In this document: positions 1 to 9,122 of the stretch, in pieces
Position numbering within the stretch: the stretch's first letter is position 1
Layout: each line of letters starts with the position of its first letter
Assembly: GCA_965219445.1 (NCBI GenBank)
Contig: CBDCNQ010000002.1
Location: forward strand, 384,001-448,000
DNA: 64,000 bases
Direction of reading: 5' to 3'
Origin: Longimicrobiales bacterium
Lineage (GTDB): Bacteria; Gemmatimonadota; Gemmatimonadetes; Longimicrobiales; Gaopeijiaceae
Translations under genes and position numbers: made by a program
Notes under the pieces: generated by a model
Told to the model about the DNA's origin: nothing
The model's input: only the letters and a program-made list of their open reading frames with translations
Database searches by the model: none

Positions 1-46
1 CTTTCCAAGTCACGAATACGAAGCCGCCTCGTCGGATCTTGCCCAT
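1..46 (-). CDS. 5' end of a cassette gene (MGKIRRGGFVFVTWK...), probably a small DUF4160-like toxin; runs off the window edge
   Basis: ATG at 46 on minus strand, preceded by TTGCTT-N17-TAGCAT and by the attC R' at 107-113; only 15 codons visible. Confidence 0.45.
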   Translation of the reverse strand, partial: MGKIRRGGFVFVTWK

Positions 47-106
47 GTGATATGCTACCACCTACGGTAACACTAAGCAAGATTGCCTCGCACGTTGGGG
101 GCTGCT

Positions 107-201
107 GTATAACGGATCTGCGATTCTGCTGCGCGGCTAATGTGGTGACCGCAAGCGAAGCGCGCGAGCCTGATGTCTACCGCGACTGCAGCAATCGCTT
201 G
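107..201 (-). other. attC site 1, split by IS1111; its R'' box is displaced to 1413-1419
   Basis: gtataac-ggatctgcgattctgctgc...gcagcaatcgcttg matches the intact attC at 4494-4593; the missing ttagag follows the IS right end. Confidence 0.85.
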
Positions 202-1413
202 ATACTCATGCAGGCCCCCTCCTGGACCTCTCAGAGAGAGGACGGAATGATCAGAGCGCGACGCTCGATCCATCCAACCCAGGAGGGGAACCATGCGCTT
301 CTACACCGGCCAGCATCGATACTACTGTGGCATCGACCTTCACGCTCGCACGCTCTACCTCTGTATCCTGGACTGCCAGGGCAAGATACGACTACACAAG
401 AGGCTACGCTGTGAGCGCGAGGCACTGCTTCGCGCCCTCGAGCCGTACCGTTCAGATCTCGTCGTGGGCAGCGAGTGCATCTTCTGCTGGTACTGGCTCG
501 CCGATCTCTGTGCTCGCGAGCAGATCCCCTTCGTGCTCGGCCATGCGCTCTACATGAAGGCGATCCATGGGGCCAAGGCGAAGAACGACCACATCGACTC
601 CCACAAGACGGCGGTGCTGCTGCGCGGGGGTGCCTTTCCGGTGGCCTACGTCTATCCCCCGCAGATGCGAGCCACGCGCGATGTGCTCCGGCGCCGACTC
701 TACTTCGTACGCAAGCGCGGCGAACTCCTCGCCCACGTCCGTAACACCTTTCATCAGTACAACCTGCCTCGGCCCTCCGGTCAGCTCCTCTATAAGAAGA
801 ACCGCGAGGGACTGGCCCAGGCATTCGACGATCGCATGATCCAGAGGACCATCGAGGCGGATCTCGCACTCGCGGATCGCTTCGACCCCGTGATCCGAGA
901 ACTCGAGCGCACGATCGAAGAAGAAGCCCGCGTCCACGACCACGACACGCTGCAGCGGCTGCGAACCATCCCCGGCATTGGCCGCATCCGGGACAGCGCT
1001 TTCAGGGACCCGCTATGCGCCGCCTTGCGCCATGTCGTCAGGTGCGACGAGTACAAGCCCTCCCGCCGTAGGAGTCGGCCAACCTCTCCGGGCTCCGTGC
1101 ACCGGTCCGCTTCTTCGACGATCCGCAGCTTGTACGACGGAGCGAACCGCCGGCGCAGCGGCCTATCTACCACCTCCGAGTCCGCAGGAGCTGCCGCGCT
1201 TCGCTTACCGTCCCAGGTTGGTGGGGCTATTCCATTCTCTTTCATTCTCTCTCGGTGTCTCAGCATCCTCGGTTTCTCTGCCTTCGCCCTACTCTAATTC
1301 CTTAGCTGCTCCGTGTCTCACGTAAGTTGGCAGAGAGGGCTCCGCTTACGGCGCCGCTCCGCGGCGCGGAGGAGGGAACTTGCGCGCTCTTGACTCCGGG
1401 GGCCTGATAAGTG
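202..1413 (+). mobile_element. IS110/IS1111-family element, copy 1, internally deleted and carrying an IS3 fragment
   Basis: Left end atactcatgcaggccccc; transposase 293-988 identical to 7547 copy then broken; right end gggggcctgataagtg at 1398-1413. Confidence 0.9.
989..1339 (-). mobile_element. IS3-family element A, deletion derivative (left end plus 5' part of orfA)
   Basis: 992-1339 identical to 7195-7542; only cgg remains of the other terminus. Confidence 0.85.
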
Positions 1414-1458
1414 TTAGAGCGCTTGCCCTCGATGGTTATACCATGGTATTATAACGGT

Positions 1459-1695
1459 ATGAAAACAGCGATATCACTACCAGATGACCTCTTTGAGTCT
1501 GCCGACGCCCTCGCCGAGCGGTTAGGGTTGTCCCGAAGCGAGCTCTACGCAACGGCCGTTGCGGAGTACCTAGCCAAACACCGTGATGAGGATGTGACAG
1601 GCAGACTGAACGATGTCTTCGCCGACGAACCCAGCGGTATCGAGCCGGCGTTAAGGGCAGCCCAGGCACGAAGTGTGAGTTCGGCTGAGTGGTAG
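1459..1695 (+). CDS. ribbon-helix-helix (CopG/MazE-like) antitoxin
   Basis: MKTAISLPDDLFESADALAERLGLSRSELY, typical RHH antitoxin; overlaps downstream toxin. Confidence 0.85.
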   Translation: MKTAISLPDDLFESADALAERLGLSRSELYATAVAEYLAKHRDEDVTGRLNDVFADEPSGIEPALRAAQARSVSSAEW

Positions 1696-2033
1696 TACAA
1701 CGTCGTGAGGTGTGGTGGGCCGATCTCGAGGAGCCTCGCGGATCTGAGCCCGGCTTTCGCCGCCCGATCCTCGTCGTCCAAGCCGACTCCTTCAATCGCA
1801 GCAGACTGCGGACAGTGCTCGGAGTAGTACTGACGTCGAACACGCGGCTCCTTGACGCCCCTGGCAACGTCCTTCTCCCGGCCCGGAATAGCGGCCTGCC
1901 CAAAGACTCGGTGGCCAACGTCACGCAGATCGTGACCCTTGATGAGGCCTACCTGTCGGAGCGAACGGGGCGCTTACCCCCTAAGCTGATGGCCCATGTC
2001 GATGCGGGTCTGAAGCTAGTCCTTGATCTATAG
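1689..2033 (+). CDS. mazF: PemK/MazF-family endoribonuclease toxin
   Basis: VWWADL..P.GSEPGFRRP.LVVQ.D.FN and GLPKDSVANVTQI motifs. Confidence 0.9.
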   Translation: MVVQRREVWWADLEEPRGSEPGFRRPILVVQADSFNRSRLRTVLGVVLTSNTRLLDAPGNVLLPARNSGLPKDSVANVTQIVTLDEAYLSERTGRLPPKLMAHVDAGLKLVLDL

Positions 2034-2045
2034 CCCGACCAAGCG

Positions 2046-2140
2046 CTCTAACGGATCTGCGATTCTGCTGCGCGAACAAGATGCCGACCGCAAGCGAAGC
2101 GCGCGAGCCTCAAGTCTACCGCGACAGTAGCAATCGCTTG
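2046..2140 (-). other. attC site 2, split by IS1111; R'' side lost in a later deletion
   Basis: ctctaac-ggatctgcgattctgctgc...gcaatcgcttg then IS left end; caagcgctctaac (2040-2052) is the reverse complement of gttagagcgcttg (1413-1425), as expected for the two ends of one cassette. Confidence 0.85.
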
Positions 2141-2255
2141 ATACTCATGCAGGCCCCCTCCTGGACCTCTCAGAGAGAGGACGGAATGATCAGAGCGCGA
2201 CGCTCGATCCATCCAACCCAGGAGGGGAACCATGCGCTTCTACACCGGCCAGCAT
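2141..2255 (+). mobile_element. IS1111 copy 2, left end and first 8 codons only
   Basis: Identical to 202-316, then interrupted by the IS3 terminus ccctctc. Confidence 0.85.
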
Positions 2256-3312
2256 CCCTCTCTCATGAAGGCGACCCAGGAGCTAGCCAAGCACGTAGGG
2301 GTGAAGCCCGCGTGCGATGCGCTCAGGGTGCCGCGAGCCACGTTCTACCGTCGTCGGAGTGCATCGACCGGGCATCAGCAGCCCCGCCCGACCCCCGCCC
2401 GGGCCTTAAGTGAGAGGGAGCGGGACAAGATTTTCGACACCCTGTGTTCGGAGCGGTTCGTGGACCGGTCCCCAGCCGAGGTGGTGGCGACGCTGCTCGA
2501 CGAGGACGTCTACCTGTGCAGCGAGCGTACGATGTATCGCGTTCTGGCTTCCCAGGTGCCGGTTCAGGAGCGTCGAGCGCAGCGGAGTCATCCCAAATAC
2601 CAGAAGCCCGAGTTGATGGCGAGGGGCCCGAACCAGGTCTGGTCCTGGGATATCACCCGGCTGCTGGGGCCGAAGAAGTGGAGTTACTTCTACCTCTACG
2701 TGATCCTGGACATCTTCAGCCGCTACGTCGTGGGATGGATGGTGGCGGATCGGGAGAACTCTGCCCTGGCCAGCCGGCTGATCCAGCAGAGTTGCTTGAA
2801 GCATGGCGTCCAGCCCCACCTCCTGACCCTGCATTCCGATCGAGGGGCTCCGATGACGAGCCAATGCACGGCTCAACTACTCGCCGATCTCGGCGTGACC
2901 CGCTCGTTGGGCCGACCCCAGGTCTCGGATGACAATCCGTTCTCCGAGGCTCAGTTCAAGACCTTGAAGTACCATCCCTCGTTTCCCGGCCGGTTCGGGG
3001 ATCAGGGGCAAGCCAAGACCTTCTGTCGCTCGTTCTTCCGTTGGTATAATGCCGAGCACCGCCATGGCGGCATCTCGATGCTGACCCCCGAACAGGTCCA
3101 CTTCGGTCACGCCGATCGGATCATCGCCTGCAGGAAGGCCGTGCTCCGTGAGGCATGGGCCGCTCATCCCGAGCGCTTCGTCTCCGGTGAGCCGAAGCCT
3201 AAACCACTCCCGGAGGCCGTCTGGATCAATCCTCCCACCCCATCCCTCACGACACAGGAGATTGCTCTCTAATTGATTTCCAAGAGTGTCTCACTGGCGT
3301 TGACAGGTTCCG
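2256..3312 (+). mobile_element. IS3-family element A, orfA-deleted derivative with orfB (2265-3272)
   Basis: ccctctc joined directly to tcatgaag of orfB; ends ttgacaggttccg; orfB identical to 6016-7023. Confidence 0.85.
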
Positions 3313-3761
3313 GTTCCGTACCAGCTCCGACAAGCACTGCGTCCTCACCTTCGTCGATCGTAAGACGGGCTACGTGATGATCGGCAAGCTCGAGGCTCGT
3401 ACCGTCGAGGCTACGAACCGTCGAGCCGTTCGTCTGATCAAGACTGCCGCTCGCCCCACTCACACCATCACGGCCGACAACGGAACTGAGTTCCACGGCT
3501 ATGGGGCGATCGAAGCAGAAACCGGATCGAAATTCTACTTCGCCGCGCCCTACCACTCTTGGGAAAGGGGGACCAGCGAGAACACGAACGGTCTGATTCG
3601 TCAGTACCTACCGAAGCGTACCAGCATGGCTCACATCACCCAGCATGCTTGCAACCGCATCGCTCACAAACTCAACAACCGACCCAGGAAGCGTTTAGGC
3701 TATCGCACCCCCGAGGAATGCTATGTACAGATCTAGCTCGTGTTGCACTTCAAAGTTGATC
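3313..3761 (+). pseudogene. IS30-family transposase C-terminal fragment with right end
   Basis: TITADNGTEF, PYHSWERGTSENTNGLIRQYLPK, LNNRPRKRLGYRTP motifs; 5' part replaced by IS3. Confidence 0.85.
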
Positions 3762-3836
3762 CGAAGTAGCCCTTCCCTCCAGGCTCGGGATTCAGTATAC
3801 GTATAGTACGTTTTGAAACATACGTAGGAAGGACCC

Positions 3837-4067
3837 ATGGCAAAGACCAAGCTCACGCTGTCAGTTGACAAGGCTCTGATTGTGCGAGCTAAACGGTTCT
3901 CGCGGAGGAACGACACCACAGTCTCGGAGTTGGTCTCAAGGTTCTTGGCGTCGCTGGACGATGAGCGAGGTCGGGCGGCGCCTATCACATCGCGTCTACG
4001 TGGAGTCCTCCCTGCTGCCGTCAAACGCGAGGAACATCGGCGGCATCTTGAAGTGAAGCACGGGTGA
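3837..4067 (+). CDS. DUF6364-like RHH antitoxin
   Basis: MAKTKLTLSVDKALIVRAK...SELV; overlaps PIN toxin gene. Confidence 0.75.
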   Translation: MAKTKLTLSVDKALIVRAKRFSRRNDTTVSELVSRFLASLDDERGRAAPITSRLRGVLPAAVKREEHRRHLEVKHG

Positions 4068-4480
4068 AACGGATTCTTCTCGACATCAACGTGGTTCTCG
4101 ACATCTTAGCCGACCGGAAACCCTTCGCTGAGGAGGCTGCCGCGCTCTTCGGAGTGATCGAAACCGGAGGCGTGCAAGGCTTCGTCGCGGCCCATACGGT
4201 GACCACGCTTCACTATCTCCTGGCGAAGCACCTGGGGAAGGCGAGGACACGACGGGTGCTGATGGACCTGCTTCAGTTGCTCCGAGTGGTGGAGGTAGAC
4301 GAGGATCGTTTGCGGCATGCACTGGGGCTGAACTGGACGGACTTCGAGGACGCGGTTCAGGCAGCGTGCGCGGAGAAGGCTGAGGCAGACTACCTCGTGA
4401 CCCGGGACAAGGCCGGGTTCAAGAAGTCTTCAGTACGACCAGTAACGCCAAGCGAGTTGCTTGCTTTGATCCAGGAGTAG
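4064..4480 (+). CDS. PIN-domain (VapC-like) toxin
   Basis: ILLDINVVLD, DFEDAVQ, YLVTRD..GF acidic PIN motifs. Confidence 0.9.
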   Translation: MKRILLDINVVLDILADRKPFAEEAAALFGVIETGGVQGFVAAHTVTTLHYLLAKHLGKARTRRVLMDLLQLLRVVEVDEDRLRHALGLNWTDFEDAVQAACAEKAEADYLVTRDKAGFKKSSVRPVTPSELLALIQE

Positions 4481-4493
4481 ATGGATCGGGGCT

Positions 4494-4593
4494 ACCTAAC
4501 GGATCTGCATTTCTGCTGCGCGTCAATCTGCACTCCGCGCACATTGTGCGCGACTCTAACGCCGACCGCGACTGCAGCAAATGCTTGTTAGAA
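4494..4593 (-). other. intact attC site (100 bp)
   Basis: Minus strand: R'' TTCTAAC, 5-nt spacer AAGCA, L'' TTTGCTGC with one extra base relative to L' GCAGAAA, then R' GTTAGGT. Confidence 0.9.
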
Positions 4594-4657
4594 CGCGCTG
4601 CGGCGGCACTCATCAGCCTCCGTAGTGAGTCAGACGCAGGGGGCTGGCCAGGCGCGA

Positions 4658-5755
4658 CTATAGTGAATCCGCGAACCCCTTGATATCTCGAATAGTGGCC
4701 GCGAACACTTCCGGGAGCGCTTTTCGGAAAACCATATCGCCAGAGTGGCAGGTGCCATTGACGGTCCGGCTGTAGACGTTTACGCCAGCCGCCATGAGCA
4801 TCTGGTGGTACTTCAGTCCCTCGTCCCGTAAAGGGTCTAGCTCATTGACCGATATGACATGCGGGGGCAGACCTTGCAGGTCCTGAGGCTCGGCGAAATA
4901 TGGCCAGCAAAGCGGATTGTGATCGTTCTCGTGCGCGGGGTCATATGCGACGGCACACGCGCCCAACATGCTGCAGTTGAGGAAGTAATCGTCGTTTTCG
5001 TAAAGGGATGGCAGCTCCGAGATCTTGTTGGCCCATGCGTTGGAGATGTACGGACATAGCGCGTAGGCGCCGTCGATCTGTTCGAGCTTGTCATCCTTCT
5101 TGGCCTTTAGAGTCATGGCCAACGAGAGGTTGCCGCCACCGGACTCACCGGACACGACAATCGTGGAAATCCCAAGCGCGGCTTTGTTATCGAACGTCCA
5201 CTGTAGCCCGCTCATGCAATCGTTGAGTCCTGCAGGGAACGGGTGGTTGCCGAGCTTCCCTGCGCCGTTCCGGAACTCCACACCCACCACCACCATTCCG
5301 ACAGCGGAAAGCTCGTCGCGCCAGCGCGTGGCGAGAGAGCCGGCGGCCTCCAGAAGGACCATGGCACCTCCGTGCATATGATACACACACGGTAGCGGAC
5401 CAGAAGCATTCTGGGGCTTGTGCATAAAGAGGCTGATGTCGTTGTCGTCCACTCCCTTTATCACTTCGGTACGCCTCTCCACACTCTCAATCGGTGGTAA
5501 GTCCGTGAGCCAAACTTTGAAGAGGTCTTCGTAGCCCGGCTCCGCCACGGCAATGAACTCGAGTATTTCCTCGAGTTGCGATTCAGCGGTGACCGGTGCG
5601 GGTGGTGGGGCCTCGTCGAAGCCAAATTCGGCGAGGGCGGCCACCATTCGAGGGTGGGCACGGGGATCAGTCTTTAAGACGCTGTCAGGATCGGCGAGTC
5701 GGCCTGGCGAGAAGGGCTGATCGGTTTTGGAACGGACTTGGCCGGACATAGTCAT
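4658..5755 (-). CDS. alpha/beta-hydrolase esterase/lipase (HSL-like), cassette gene
   Basis: HGG oxyanion motif, GESGGG nucleophile elbow, ELDPLRDEG, catalytic His in GTCH; flanked by complementary cassette ends gttagaacgcgc (4587) and gcgcgttctaac (5786). Confidence 0.9.
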   Translation of the reverse strand: MTMSGQVRSKTDQPFSPGRLADPDSVLKTDPRAHPRMVAALAEFGFDEAPPPAPVTAESQLEEILEFIAVAEPGYEDLFKVWLTDLPPIESVERRTEVIKGVDDNDISLFMHKPQNASGPLPCVYHMHGGAMVLLEAAGSLATRWRDELSAVGMVVVGVEFRNGAGKLGNHPFPAGLNDCMSGLQWTFDNKAALGISTIVVSGESGGGNLSLAMTLKAKKDDKLEQIDGAYALCPYISNAWANKISELPSLYENDDYFLNCSMLGACAVAYDPAHENDHNPLCWPYFAEPQDLQGLPPHVISVNELDPLRDEGLKYHQMLMAAGVNVYSRTVNGTCHSGDMVFRKALPEVFAATIRDIKGFADSL

Positions 5756-5790
5756 GGTTCTGCCTCTCCTGTTCTGAACCTCTTGGCGCG

Positions 5791-5885
5791 TTCTAACGTC
5801 TCTGCGATTCTGCTGCGCGGCTAATGTGGTGACCGCACGCGAAGCGCGCGAGCCTGATGTCTACCGCGACAGTAGCAATCGCTTG
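5791..5885 (-). other. attC site 3, split by IS1111; R'' displaced to 9049-9055
   Basis: ttctaac...gcaatcgcttg, IS, then ttagag. Confidence 0.85.
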
Positions 5886-6015
5886 ATACTCATGCAGGCC
5901 CCCTCCTGGACCTCTCAGAGAGAGGACGGAATGATCAGAGCGCGACGCTCGATCCATCCAACCCAGGAGGGGAACCGGAACCTGTCAACGCCAGTGAGAC
6001 ACTCTTGGAAATCAA

Positions 6016-7023
6016 TTAGAGAGCAATCTCCTGTGTCGTGAGGGATGGGGTGGGAGGATTGATCCAGACGGCCTCCGGGAGTGGTTTAGGCTTCGGCTCA
6101 CCGGAGACGAAGCGCTCGGGATGAGCGGCCCATGCCTCACGGAGCACGGCCTTCCTGCAGGCGATGATCCGATCGGCGTGACCGAAGTGGACCTGTTCGG
6201 GGGTCAGCATCGAGATGCCGCCATGGCGGTGCTCGGCATTATACCAACGGAAGAACGAGCGACAGAAGGTCTTGGCTTGCCCCTGATCCCCGAACCGGCC
6301 GGGAAACGAGGGATGGTACTTCAAGGTCTTGAACTGAGCCTCGGAGAACGGATTGTCATCCGAGACCTGGGGTCGGCCCAACGAGCGGGTCACGCCGAGA
6401 TCGGCGAGTAGTTGAGCCGTGCATTGGCTCGTCATCGGAGCCCCTCGATCGGAATGCAGGGTCAGGAGGTGGGGCTGGACGCCATGCTTCAAGCAACTCT
6501 GCTGGATCAGCCGGCTGGCCAGGGCAGAGTTCTCCCGATCCGCCACCATCCATCCCACGACGTAGCGGCTGAAGATGTCCAGGATCACGTAGAGGTAGAA
6601 GTAACTCCACTTCTTCGGCCCCAGCAGCCGGGTGATATCCCAGGACCAGACCTGGTTCGGGCCCCTCGCCATCAACTCGGGCTTCTGGTATTTGGGATGA
6701 CTCCGCTGCGCTCGACGCTCCTGAACCGGCACCTGGGAAGCCAGAACGCGATACATCGTACGCTCGCTGCACAGGTAGACGTCCTCGTCGAGCAGCGTCG
6801 CCACCACCTCGGCTGGGGACCGGTCCACGAACCGCTCCGAACACAGGGTGTCGAAAATCTTGTCCCGCTCCCTCTCACTTAAGGCCCGGGCGGGGGTCGG
6901 GCGGGGCTGCTGATGCCCGGTCGATGCACTCCGACGACGGTAGAACGTGGCTCGCGGCACCCTGAGCGCATCGCACGCGGGCTTCACCCCTACGTGCTTG
7001 GCTAGCTCCTGGGTCGCCTTCAT
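6016..7023 (-). CDS. IS3-family transposase OrfB (DDE)
   Basis: WSWDIT, DIFSRYVVGW, LHSDRG, SDDNPFSEAQFKTLKY. Confidence 0.9.
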   Translation of the reverse strand: MKATQELAKHVGVKPACDALRVPRATFYRRRSASTGHQQPRPTPARALSERERDKIFDTLCSERFVDRSPAEVVATLLDEDVYLCSERTMYRVLASQVPVQERRAQRSHPKYQKPELMARGPNQVWSWDITRLLGPKKWSYFYLYVILDIFSRYVVGWMVADRENSALASRLIQQSCLKHGVQPHLLTLHSDRGAPMTSQCTAQLLADLGVTRSLGRPQVSDDNPFSEAQFKTLKYHPSFPGRFGDQGQAKTFCRSFFRWYNAEHRHGGISMLTPEQVHFGHADRIIACRKAVLREAWAAHPERFVSGEPKPKPLPEAVWINPPTPSLTTQEIAL

Positions 7024-7469
7024 GAGTTCGTCCCGTCCTCGAGGCTCAATCCCAGCAGCCCTGCAACTTTTCCCTGGACGTCGATGATCAAGTGCGCCTT
7101 CTGGAGCTCCTTCTCGAGGCGAGTGTTCTCGCGCTCCAGCTTGCGCACCTTCTCCTCCAGCGGATTGCGCTCGCGCTTACGGCCTCGTTTCTTCGACAGC
7201 GCTTTCAGGGACCCGCTATGCGCCGCCTTGCGCCATGTCGTCAGGTGCGACGAGTACAAGCCCTCCCGCCGTAGGAGTCGGCCAACCTCTCCGGGCTCCG
7301 TGCACCGGTCCGCTTCTTCGACGATCCGCAGCTTGTACGACGGAGCGAACCGCCGGCGCAGCGGCCTATCTACCACCTCCGAGTCCGCAGGAGCTGCCGC
7401 GCTTCGCTTACCGTCCCAGGTTGGTGGGGCTATTCCATTCTCTTTCATTCTCTCTCGGTGTCTCAGCAT
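7020..7469 (-). CDS. IS3-family transposase OrfA (HTH plus leucine zipper)
   Basis: RRRF...YKLRIVEEAD, LLRREGLYSSHLTTWR; slippery G GGA AAA at 7074-7068 with the -1 frame open into orfB. Confidence 0.88.
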   Translation of the reverse strand: MLRHRERMKENGIAPPTWDGKRSAAAPADSEVVDRPLRRRFAPSYKLRIVEEADRCTEPGEVGRLLRREGLYSSHLTTWRKAAHSGSLKALSKKRGRKRERNPLEEKVRKLERENTRLEKELQKAHLIIDVQGKVAGLLGLSLEDGTNS

Positions 7470-7546
7470 CCTCGGTTTCTCTGCCTTCGCCCTACTCTAA
7501 TTCCTTAGCTGCTCCGTGTCTCACGTAAGTTGGCAGAGAGGGAACC

Positions 7547-8593
7547 ATGCGCTTCTACACCGGCCAGCATCGATACTACTGTGGCATCGACCTTCACGCT
7601 CGCACGCTCTACCTCTGTATCCTGGACTGCCAGGGCAAGATACGACTACACAAGAGGCTACGCTGTGAGCGCGAGGCACTGCTTCGCGCCCTCGAGCCGT
7701 ACCGTTCAGATCTCGTCGTGGGCAGCGAGTGCATCTTCTGCTGGTACTGGCTCGCCGATCTCTGTGCTCGCGAGCAGATCCCCTTCGTGCTCGGCCATGC
7801 GCTCTACATGAAGGCGATCCATGGGGCCAAGGCGAAGAACGACCACATCGACTCCCACAAGACGGCGGTGCTGCTGCGCGGGGGTGCCTTTCCGGTGGCC
7901 TACGTCTATCCCCCGCAGATGCGAGCCACGCGCGATGTGCTCCGGCGCCGACTCTACTTCGTACGCAAGCGCGGCGAACTCCTCGCCCACGTCCGTAACA
8001 CCTTTCATCAGTACAACCTGCCTCGGCCCTCCGGTCAGCTCCTCTATAAGAAGAACCGCGAGGGACTGGCCCAGGCATTCGACGATCGCATGATCCAGAG
8101 GACCATCGAGGCGGATCTCGCACTCGCGGATCGCTTCGACCCCGTGATCCGAGAACTCGAGCGCACGATCGAAGAAGAAGCCCGCGTCCACGACCACGAC
8201 ACGCTGCAGCGGCTGCGAACCATCCCCGGCATTGGCCGCATCCTGGCCCTCACGCTGCTCTATGAGATCCACGACATCGCTCGCTTCAGCACGGTGCAGC
8301 GCTTCAGCTCCTACTGTCGACTCGCCAAGCCCGAGCACCGCAGTGCAGGCAAGCGAGTCGGCAGCGGAGGAGCCAAGATCGGCAACGCACACCTCAAGTG
8401 GGCGTTCAGTGAGGCGGCCGTCCTCTTCCTTCGCGACAACGTCCGCGGCCAGGCCCATCTCAAGAGGCTCGCGCGCCGCCACGGCAAGGGCAAGGCGCTC
8501 AGCATCCTTGCGGCTCGCATCGGACGCGCCACCTACTTCATGCTCAAGAACCGGGAGGCATTCGACACCGAACGCTTCTATACACGCACCTGA
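7547..8593 (+). CDS. IS110-family DEDD recombinase/transposase, intact (348 aa)
   Basis: GIDLH, KNDHIDS, LRTIPGIG, FSSYCRL, HRSAGK..GSGGAKIGNAHLKWAF. Confidence 0.93.
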   Translation: MRFYTGQHRYYCGIDLHARTLYLCILDCQGKIRLHKRLRCEREALLRALEPYRSDLVVGSECIFCWYWLADLCAREQIPFVLGHALYMKAIHGAKAKNDHIDSHKTAVLLRGGAFPVAYVYPPQMRATRDVLRRRLYFVRKRGELLAHVRNTFHQYNLPRPSGQLLYKKNREGLAQAFDDRMIQRTIEADLALADRFDPVIRELERTIEEEARVHDHDTLQRLRTIPGIGRILALTLLYEIHDIARFSTVQRFSSYCRLAKPEHRSAGKRVGSGGAKIGNAHLKWAFSEAAVLFLRDNVRGQAHLKRLARRHGKGKALSILAARIGRATYFMLKNREAFDTERFYTRT

Positions 8594-9025
8594 CGGGGAG
8601 GGGAGGTTGTGAGCCTTGATTTCTAACTCGAGCGGGCACCGGATGCCTGACAGCCGCCTCGCTTGATTGGACGCCTCCTCCCGCTCCCCACACATCGAGT
8701 CGGTCTCACTCAGGACTCTGCCCCTCACCCGAGCCCGGAGCTAACTGGCCCGCCGCCTCACGGCCCGAGCCTGCTCTCCTTGAATGGAGTCGGACGGCAC
8801 GAGGGCACAGATGAATTTCTAGGTCGTAGCGGCCAGCAGGCTCCTGCTCCGCCGCCTTCGAGCTCGCCTCGAGGGAGATCCGGCGGTTAAACCTCGATAA
8901 GTGTTTGGTGCAGAGCTCACTGCGCTCGCACCTGCTAACGGAAACCAAGTCAGAGGACTCAGCGACCGATGCTCACTCCGCTTACGGCGCCGCTCCGCAG
9001 CGCGGAGGAGGGAACTTGCGCGCTC
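8594..9025 (+). ncRNA. putative bridge/seek RNA with three guide loops
   Basis: Stem-closed loops holding ttctaac/tcgcttg (attC target), gctaac/ctccttg (variant target), atgaatttc/gataagtg (donor junction); boundaries approximate. Confidence 0.7.
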
Positions 9026-9088
9026 TTGACTCCGGGGGCCTGATAAGTGTTAGAGCGCAGCCGACCGAGCCCGAAGTACCCTACGCCA

Positions 9089-9117
9089 TTGACGGATATA
9101 CGCCAATGACGTATCAT
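9089..9117 (+). promoter_or_regulatory. sigma70 promoter and tandem operator of the higBA-like cassette
   Basis: TTGACG-N17-TATCAT overlapping two near-palindromes tacgccattgacgga / tacgccaatgacgta. Confidence 0.65.
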
Positions 9118-9122
9118 AGCTC

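Larger units (their letters stand above)
5976..7542 (-). mobile_element. IS3-family element A, complete (1567 bp), 3-bp target duplication AAC
   Basis: aac at 5973-5975 and 7543-7545; imperfect IRs tgtcaacgccagtgagacac / tgccaacttacgtgagacac. Confidence 0.9.
5886..9049 (+). mobile_element. IS110/IS1111-family element, copy 3 (1594 bp net), complete but with IS3 inserted just before the start codon
   Basis: TG at both junctions (5884-5885, 9048-9049), subterminal inverted repeats caggccccc/gggggcctg, long 3' non-coding region. Confidence 0.92.

Noticed and set aside
5972..7546. 5-bp GAACC target duplication for the IS3 element
   Set aside because: Copy B flanks (caagc versus gaagc) fit only a 3-bp duplication with C...G termini.
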